DNA of 64,000 bases, from positions 1,312,001 to 1,376,000 of the forward strand of contig CAWGMQ010000004.1 in the NCBI GenBank assembly GCA_963823665.1, in the 5' to 3' direction. Below, in pieces: positions 57,745 to 64,000 of the stretch (position 1 is the first letter of the stretch; every line of letters starts with the position of its first letter). The notes below the pieces were generated by a model. The model saw nothing but the letters and a program-made list of their open reading frames with translations. It did no database searches and had not been told where the DNA came from. Position numbers and translations under genes: made by a program. The DNA comes from an uncultured Planctomycetota bacterium (lineage in GTDB: Bacteria; Planctomycetota; Planctomycetia; Isosphaerales; Isosphaeraceae).

Positions 57745-58045
57745 TTTTGATCTCGTCCGGCTTGCTCGTGGCGGTGGAGAGCTCGATCAGCCTGTCCAGG
57801 ACTTCGGGGAGGCGAGTGCCGGCCTGTGGTGGGATCGTCTTCTCCCGCTCCTTCATTCCCTCGTAGCCCTTCCGCAAGAGCGGTCAGGCATCGGCGTATT
57901 TCTTCTGGCCCAGCAAGGCGCCGCCGACCATTGACTGCGTGCTGAAGGTGGACCAAAGGTCGGGCTGTGCTTTCTCGCGGATGGCCAGGCATTCACGGAG
58001 GATTGGTTCGGCCTCGGTCCATTTCTTTTGCCCGAGGAGGCGGGT
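57745..58045 (-). pseudogene. C-terminal TPR fragment of a kinase-TPR-type protein with an internal stop
   Basis: 'LLGQKKWTEAEPILRECLAIREK.QPD.W.TF...GGALLGQKKYADA*PLLRKGYEGMKERE...LDRLIEL'. Confidence 0.65.
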
Positions 58046-58235
58046 TGGCACCCGGGGCTGCCTTCCGCGCGCCTTCGCCTGATGCATTATCGCGAAGGCC
58101 CTGCCACTTGCACGCGAGGTCGAGTAGAGCGATCATCGGTTCGATGTGTCCGAAGACATGGAGCAACCACCTCCAAGACCCGCGGACCTCTGTCATCTCT
58201 CTTTTTTCCCTGACTCGTCGCCGTGGAGAGAACTT

Positions 58236-60752
58236 ATGCCCGGTCCGAAGACTTTGATCAGGTTTTTCCTTGGCATGCTTCTTGCCTCGATAGCCCCTGC
58301 ACCCATCGGCGCTCAAACGAACGCGCCGTCGCCGGCCCGTACCGATTCCTTGGGCTACAACTTGCCCCCAGACAATATCTTGTCGGTCATGCGCTCGCCC
58401 TCCCCGCCCGTCCCCCTCGTAAGCCCAACCGATGAGACCATTCTCCTCGTCACTTGGCAGGACTATCCCTCCATCGCTCGCGTGGCTACGCCTTTCCTGC
58501 GCCTGGCTGGTGTTCGTGTCGAGCCCAAGAATCACAGCAGGCACGATACTCGCGGCGGCTACGGCATCACTCCCTGTGCCACGGGCTTTGAACTGGTTCG
58601 AGTCGCCGATGGCAAGCAAACTCCCGTCCCGCTTCCCACCGGCATGTGCCCCGGGAATCCCGTCTGGGCCGCCGACGGGAAACACTTCGCCTTCGTCAAC
58701 ATTGCTTCCGATTCCGTCCAGCTCTGGATTGGCGACGCTAGTACCGGCAGCGTGAAACAGGTTGCCGGTGTTCATCTCAACCCCACGTTCAACGAAGAAA
58801 TGCAATGGATGCCCGATCAGAAAACGCTTCTCGTCAAGCTTGTGCCTGAGTCCAACCATGGCGCATCGCAAGAGGTGAATGAGCTCTCCAGTCCGAGTAT
58901 CCAGGAAACCAGCGCGCAAAAAGGCCAGAGCAGCACCTACGAAGCTCGCGACACCCTCCGCAGCGCGCGCGACGAAAACCTTTTCGATTTCTTCGCGCTC
59001 TCGCAACTCGCTTTCGTCGATTCCGCCACCCTCACCGTCACGCCCTTCGGTAAGCCCGCCAATTTTAAATCACTCGATCCCGCCCCGGACGGACACCACA
59101 TCCTCGTGACGACCATACACAAGCCTTACTCCTATCTCGTAACCTACGATCGCTTCCCCAGCGAAGTCGAAGTTTGGGACACCTCCGACCGCTTGAACGT
59201 CACCGTTGCCACCATCGCCTCGCTTCCGATGGCCGATCGCGTTCCCATTCGCGGCGTTCCCACAGGTCCACGCCAATTCTCCTGGCGCTCCACCGAGCCC
59301 GCGACACTGATCTGGGCCGAAGCCCTCGACGGCGGCGACTGGAAGGTCAGCGTCCCCAATCGCGACAAGATTCTCCTTCAGAAAGCGCCTTTCACTTCTC
59401 CGGCTGCTGAAGTCGTGCGCACCGAACAGCGTTACGCCGGCTTCAAGTGGAGCGAGCAGCCGAGCATTGCTCTACTGGGTGAACACGACGGGAACCGCCA
59501 TTGGACCCGCACCTTTATCGTGGATGTCGACAATCCCCAGGCGAAGCCCCGGCTGCTCTGGGATTTATCCGAGGATGAGCATTACAAGAACCCCGGCTAT
59601 CCGGTTTACCGCCAGCTCTCTAACGGTGCGCGGGTCATCCGCCAGGACGCCGATTCCATCTTCCTCTCGGGGAACGGCTCCTCGCCTGACGGTGATCGCC
59701 CTTTCCTCGATCAACTCGATCTCAAAACCCTGAAAACAGACCGTCTCTTCCGCAGCGATAAGAATTGCTTCGAGCGTTTCCTCTCCTTCAACGGACCCGG
59801 TGCAAAAACCTTCCTCACCTGGCATGAATCCCCAACCGATCCCCCCAACGCCTTCACGCGCACCCTCGGCCCGTCTCGCGATGCGTCCGACGGCGAAGCC
59901 GTCTTCACTTCCACGGCCGTCGCCTTGACCCGCCTCCCGGACCCCACCCCCGAAGTACGCGCCATCAAGAAGCGCCTCGTCACCTACAAGCGCGCCGACG
60001 GTTTGGACCTGTCCTTCACCCTTTACACTCCGCCCGGCTACCAGGAGGGCGCGCGGCTCCCCACCATTCTTTATGCCTATCCGCTCGATTACGCCCAGGC
60101 CTCGGTTGCCGGCCAGGTTGTCGGCTCCCAGAAAACCTTCACCCGCTTGCGCGCTTATCGCCTTCTCTTGCTCGCCGGTTATGCCATCATTGACAACGCT
60201 TCGTTCCCGATCATCGGCGATCCCAAGAAAGCCTACGACACCTACCTCGAACAACTCGTCGCCGATGCCAAGGCCGCTGTCGATGAAGGCGTGCGCCTCG
60301 GTGTGGTCGACCCTGACCGCATCGGTGTCACCGGTCACAGCCACGGCGCCTTGATGACCGTGAATCTCATCGCTCATTCCGATCTCTTCCGCGCAGGTGT
60401 CGCCACGAGCGGCTCATACAACAAAACGCTCACGTCCTTCGGTTTCCAGAACGAGCGTCGCACCGTTTGGGAAGCCACCGACGTGTACTTGAAAGTCTCC
60501 CCGTTCTTCTACGCCCACAAATTGAAGACGCCGATTCTCATCATGCACGGCACCGAGGACGCCAACCCCGGCACCACTCCGTTGCAATCCACGATGCTCT
60601 ACGAAGCCGTTCGCGGCAACGGCGGCACCGCCCGCTTGGTGATGCTCCCCCACGAGCCGCACCGGTATACCGCCATGGAGTCCAACGAGCAGGAGGTCTA
60701 CGAGATGCTCCGCTGGTTCGACACCTACGTAAAGAACGCGCCTTCGCGCTAA
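58236..60752 (+). CDS. S9-family (prolyl oligopeptidase-like) secreted serine peptidase
   Basis: Signal peptide; beta-propeller region; nucleophile motif 'GVTGHSHGA'; 'PILIMHGTEDAN', 'LPHEPH'. Confidence 0.9.
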   Translation: MPGPKTLIRFFLGMLLASIAPAPIGAQTNAPSPARTDSLGYNLPPDNILSVMRSPSPPVPLVSPTDETILLVTWQDYPSIARVATPFLRLAGVRVEPKNHSRHDTRGGYGITPCATGFELVRVADGKQTPVPLPTGMCPGNPVWAADGKHFAFVNIASDSVQLWIGDASTGSVKQVAGVHLNPTFNEEMQWMPDQKTLLVKLVPESNHGASQEVNELSSPSIQETSAQKGQSSTYEARDTLRSARDENLFDFFALSQLAFVDSATLTVTPFGKPANFKSLDPAPDGHHILVTTIHKPYSYLVTYDRFPSEVEVWDTSDRLNVTVATIASLPMADRVPIRGVPTGPRQFSWRSTEPATLIWAEALDGGDWKVSVPNRDKILLQKAPFTSPAAEVVRTEQRYAGFKWSEQPSIALLGEHDGNRHWTRTFIVDVDNPQAKPRLLWDLSEDEHYKNPGYPVYRQLSNGARVIRQDADSIFLSGNGSSPDGDRPFLDQLDLKTLKTDRLFRSDKNCFERFLSFNGPGAKTFLTWHESPTDPPNAFTRTLGPSRDASDGEAVFTSTAVALTRLPDPTPEVRAIKKRLVTYKRADGLDLSFTLYTPPGYQEGARLPTILYAYPLDYAQASVAGQVVGSQKTFTRLRAYRLLLLAGYAIIDNASFPIIGDPKKAYDTYLEQLVADAKAAVDEGVRLGVVDPDRIGVTGHSHGALMTVNLIAHSDLFRAGVATSGSYNKTLTSFGFQNERRTVWEATDVYLKVSPFFYAHKLKTPILIMHGTEDANPGTTPLQSTMLYEAVRGNGGTARLVMLPHEPHRYTAMESNEQEVYEMLRWFDTYVKNAPSR

Positions 60753-60774
60753 CCCAAACGCGACTCTATTGAGC

Positions 60775-60870
60775 TGGAGCGAGGAAGAGTACCTCGTTCT
60801 GACCGACCACCGAAGCAGCCAGGTCCAGTTCACCGACGACTTTCTGGAAGTGCTGCCAATGCCCACTGAT
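60775..60870 (+). pseudogene. Uma2-family endonuclease N-terminal remnant
   Basis: Translates as 'WSEEEYLVLTDHRSSQVQFTDDFLEVLPMPTD'. Confidence 0.55.
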
Positions 60871-60946
60871 ATTCGTCCCTTGTTTGAGGGCTTCCGAGGG
60901 TTTTCGTCAGATTGAGATCAGCGCCCTTCGGCATTGGAGCGGTTCC

Positions 60947-63900
60947 ATGAGTAGTCCTGCGCTCGTCGAATCGATTTTCTTCGCCGCGCTCGAGAAGAAA
61001 ACGACGGCAGAGCGAGCGAATTATCTGGACAAAGCCTGCGGCGCCGACCTCGCGCTTCGCCTCCGGGTGGAACGGCTGCTGGACGCCCATCCTCGAGCGG
61101 AACAATACCTGGCCCAGCCTGCCGTCGATCGCGATGCCTTCGATCCACACGACGCGGCGCTGGACTCGAAGAGTCTCGCTTCGACGAGCCGCTCCCAATC
61201 AATCCCACAGAATCCCAGCGCACGTGACGCCTTGTCCGACACGTTCGCCGACGAGCATGACGGAGGTGGGGCCGCCCCAGCCGCATCCGACGCCAGAATC
61301 GACCAAACACGGCACGGGTCCGCGCCGATTGAGCGAGCCGACTTGAACGGAGCCACCCGCGACCTGCCGCGCACGGAACCTGGTCGTGTCGGCATGGGTG
61401 TGTTCGACGAGACCGGCCAGATCAGCCTGACCGGAACCATCGGCGTCCAGGACGGTGATCGTTCACGGGTCGGGCGCTATCGGGTCATTCGTCGGCTCGG
61501 ACAGGGCGGGTTCGGCACGGTCTATCTTGCACGCGACGACGATCTCGATCGCCCGGTGGCCGTCAAGGTGCCGAACCGGGAACGAATCACTCGCGCCGAG
61601 GATGTCGAGGCGTTCCTTGTTGAAGCCCGAACCCTCGCCAAACTCGACCATCCCAACATCGTGCCGGTCTTCGATGTGGGTCGCGCGGAAGACGGGCTCT
61701 GCTTCGTGGTCTCGAAGTTCGTCGAAGGGAGCGACCTGTCGGTCAGGATGGAACAGGGGCGACCGTCCTTCCGGGATTCGGCGCACCTGGTTGCAGCCGT
61801 CGCCCTTGCCTTGCACTACGCCCACACCCGAGGGCTGGTTCATCGGGACATCAAGCCCGCCAACATCCTGATCGACGCCGCAGGCAAACCCTGCGTGGCG
61901 GACTTCGGTCTCGCCCTCAAGGATGAAGACTTCGGCAAGCGCGGGGGGATGGCTGGCACACCGGCTTACATGAGTCCCGAGCAAGCCAGGGGCGAAGGCC
62001 ACCGCGTGGATGGGAGATCGGATATCTTCAGCCTGGGTGTCGTGCTCTACCAGTTGTTGACCGCGGAGAGACCATTCGGAGGTGATTCTCTGCTCGAAAT
62101 CATCGAGTCGGTCAAGACCGCCGAGCCTCGTCGGCCCCGTCAGATCGATGACACCATCCCCAGGGAACTGGAGCGGATCAGTCTCAAAGCGCTCGCGAAG
62201 CGGGCTGCCGAGCGGTACACAACTGCCGCGGACATGGCTGAGGACTTGAGGCACTTCCTGGATCATGCGGATAGTCCCGCCGTCTCGTCAAATCCACCGC
62301 TTATCGAACTGCTCTCTCCCGGCACGGCCCAGGAACGCGCACTCCGGCCAGCCACTACCAGCACATTGGCCTCGGAACAGCGCCCGATCAAGATCATCCC
62401 CAAGGGCCTTCGCTCCTTCGACGAGCATGATGCCGACTTCTTCCTCGGACTGGTTCCAGGACCGCGCGACCGCGATGGTCTGCCGGAGAGCGTTCGCTTC
62501 TGGAAGAAACGCATCGAGTCCACCGACTCCGAGAAGACGTTCCGGGTGGGTCTGATCTATGGCCCCTCGGGTTGCGGTAAGTCGTCGCATGTCAAGGCAG
62601 GCGTGCTGCCGCGACTGGCGAGGCATGTCTTGCCGGTCTACATCGAGGCAACCCCGGAAGAGACGGAGAGCAGGCTGCTGAACGGACTGCGGAAAGTCAG
62701 CCACGACCTGCCGCCAGAGGCGGACCTGGTCGATTCCCTGGCGGAGATTCGCACGGGACGATCGCTTCCCGCCGGTCAGAAAGTCCTGCTGGTCCTGGAC
62801 CAGTTCGAGCAGTGGCTCCATGCCAGACGAGGAGCCCAGAACATGGAGCTGGTCACCGCCTTGCGGCAATGCGACGGCGAGCACGCGCAGGCGATTGTGA
62901 TGGTTCGGGATGATTTCTGGATGGCGGCAACTTCGTTCTTCGACGACCTGGAGACCGAGCTGATCCTTCGACAAAATGCCGTTGCCGTCGATCTCTTCGA
63001 GCCTCGTCATGCCCGCAGAGTGCTGAAGGCGCTAGGGACCGCCTACGGGAACTTGCCGGCGCGGACGGTCGATATTTCCCGCGACCAAAACGCTTTCCTG
63101 GATCAAGCCATCTCCGGCTTGACCCAGGACGGGAAAATCATCTCAGTGCAGTTGGCTCTCTTCGCCGAGATGGTCAAAGGGAAGCCCTGGGCCAAGACCA
63201 CGCTCACGGAGGTCGGTGGAATCCAAGGACTGGGATCAACCTTCCTGGAAGAGACCTTCAGCGGCTCGACCGCCCGTCCCGAACATCGACTCCACCAGAA
63301 TGCCGCCCAGGCGGTGCTGAAAGCCTTGGTTCCCGAGAGCGGCATAGACATCAAGCGGCAAATGAGATCCCGTCAAGAGTTGCTCGAAGCGTCCGGTTAT
63401 GCGAACCACGCCGGGGACTTCGATGAGCTGATCCATATCCTCGACCACGAGCTTCGCCTGATCACGCCCACCGACCCGGAAGGAAGTGCTTTTCGCGGAG
63501 GGCGGGGGGCGGACGACGCAGGGCCGAAGAATGAAGACGCGGCGCCGCAGGTTGACCGTGACGACTCATCCTTGCCCGGTCCGTCGTCAGTCCTCCATCC
63601 TCCGTCCTCCGCCATCCGTTGCTACCAGCTAGCGCACGATTATCTGGTTCACTCCCTGCGCGACTGGCTGACGCGCAAGCAGCGGGAAACGCGGCGCGGA
63701 CGGGCCGAGCTGCGGTTGGCGGATGGTGCAGCGGTGTGGAGTGCCCGCCCTGAGAATCGGCAACTCCCATCGCTGCTGGCGTGGCTCAACATCCGGTGGT
63801 GGACGCAGAAGAAAAACTGGACCCTGCCGCAGCGGAAGATGATGGCGAAAGCGGGCAAGTACCACGCGCTGCGGGGGATGGTGGTGGGTGTCCTGCTGGC

Positions 63901-64000
63901 CGTGGCGACGTTCACGGGCTTGGTGATCCGAGATAAGATCGACGTGCAGCGAAAGGCAACATACGCCGCAGGGCTGGTGCAACGGGTTCTCGATGCGGAG
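60947..64000 (+). CDS. Ser/Thr protein kinase fused to a P-loop (STAND-like) NTPase; 3'-truncated by the window end
   Basis: Absent from the ORF track because no stop lies in the window. In-frame motifs: 'MSSPALVESIFFAAL', 'GQGGFGTVY', 'HRDIKPAN', 'DFGLA', 'GPSGCGKS', 'LLVLDQFEQW', 'YQLAHDYLV'. Confidence 0.9.
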   Translation, partial: MSSPALVESIFFAALEKKTTAERANYLDKACGADLALRLRVERLLDAHPRAEQYLAQPAVDRDAFDPHDAALDSKSLASTSRSQSIPQNPSARDALSDTFADEHDGGGAAPAASDARIDQTRHGSAPIERADLNGATRDLPRTEPGRVGMGVFDETGQISLTGTIGVQDGDRSRVGRYRVIRRLGQGGFGTVYLARDDDLDRPVAVKVPNRERITRAEDVEAFLVEARTLAKLDHPNIVPVFDVGRAEDGLCFVVSKFVEGSDLSVRMEQGRPSFRDSAHLVAAVALALHYAHTRGLVHRDIKPANILIDAAGKPCVADFGLALKDEDFGKRGGMAGTPAYMSPEQARGEGHRVDGRSDIFSLGVVLYQLLTAERPFGGDSLLEIIESVKTAEPRRPRQIDDTIPRELERISLKALAKRAAERYTTAADMAEDLRHFLDHADSPAVSSNPPLIELLSPGTAQERALRPATTSTLASEQRPIKIIPKGLRSFDEHDADFFLGLVPGPRDRDGLPESVRFWKKRIESTDSEKTFRVGLIYGPSGCGKSSHVKAGVLPRLARHVLPVYIEATPEETESRLLNGLRKVSHDLPPEADLVDSLAEIRTGRSLPAGQKVLLVLDQFEQWLHARRGAQNMELVTALRQCDGEHAQAIVMVRDDFWMAATSFFDDLETELILRQNAVAVDLFEPRHARRVLKALGTAYGNLPARTVDISRDQNAFLDQAISGLTQDGKIISVQLALFAEMVKGKPWAKTTLTEVGGIQGLGSTFLEETFSGSTARPEHRLHQNAAQAVLKALVPESGIDIKRQMRSRQELLEASGYANHAGDFDELIHILDHELRLITPTDPEGSAFRGGRGADDAGPKNEDAAPQVDRDDSSLPGPSSVLHPPSSAIRCYQLAHDYLVHSLRDWLTRKQRETRRGRAELRLADGAAVWSARPENRQLPSLLAWLNIRWWTQKKNWTLPQRKMMAKAGKYHALRGMVVGVLLAVATFTGLVIRDKIDVQRKATYAAGLVQRVLDAE

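Noticed and set aside
58236..60752. S9 peptidase as the RiPP leader protease
   Set aside because: It lies ~15 kb away beyond unrelated genes, and double-Gly leaders are normally cut by C39 peptidases; there is no evidence of linkage.

Overview
GC-rich bacterial chromosomal window, most likely from a planctomycete (Isosphaeraceae-like). Supporting signs are 'LE.LE.R.LL' N-terminal motifs on giant surface proteins, a TIGR02999-type ECF sigma paired with a Ser/Thr kinase, and abundant REP-like and heptamer repeats. Many genes, including housekeeping cysNC, carry single-base frameshifts, which suggests long-read assembly indels. Layout: (1) 1-20 kb, two tandem surface proteins; the second is a ~6,000-aa multidomain adhesin split by frameshifts, and both share a Lys-rich C-terminal domain. 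(2) 20-24.5 kb, a cyclase/LDH2/LLM operon and a DUF3500 gene. (3) 24.6-28.3 kb, a repeat-rich intergenic mosaic and a stand-alone LigD phosphoesterase. (4) 28.3-38.1 kb, a defence-island-like region: truncated dndD with intact dndE, a metallophosphoesterase-SIR2 fusion, a tyrosine recombinase + IS91-like transposase element with attC-like ends, an SBD-HNH endonuclease and a toxin/immunity-like pair. (5) A Tat-exported oxalate decarboxylase. (6) The top finding, 40-43.4 kb: a minimal RiPP locus with a B12-dependent radical SAM C-methyltransferase and two tandemly duplicated ~420-bp precursor cassettes that have near-identical double-Gly leaders but unrelated cores, all bracketed by 46-bp direct repeats. 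(7) cysD-cysNC, another large surface protein, ECF sigma + kinase-WD40, gene remnants, an S9 peptidase, and a kinase-NTPase that runs off the window. I saw no rRNA, tRNA or CRISPR array.
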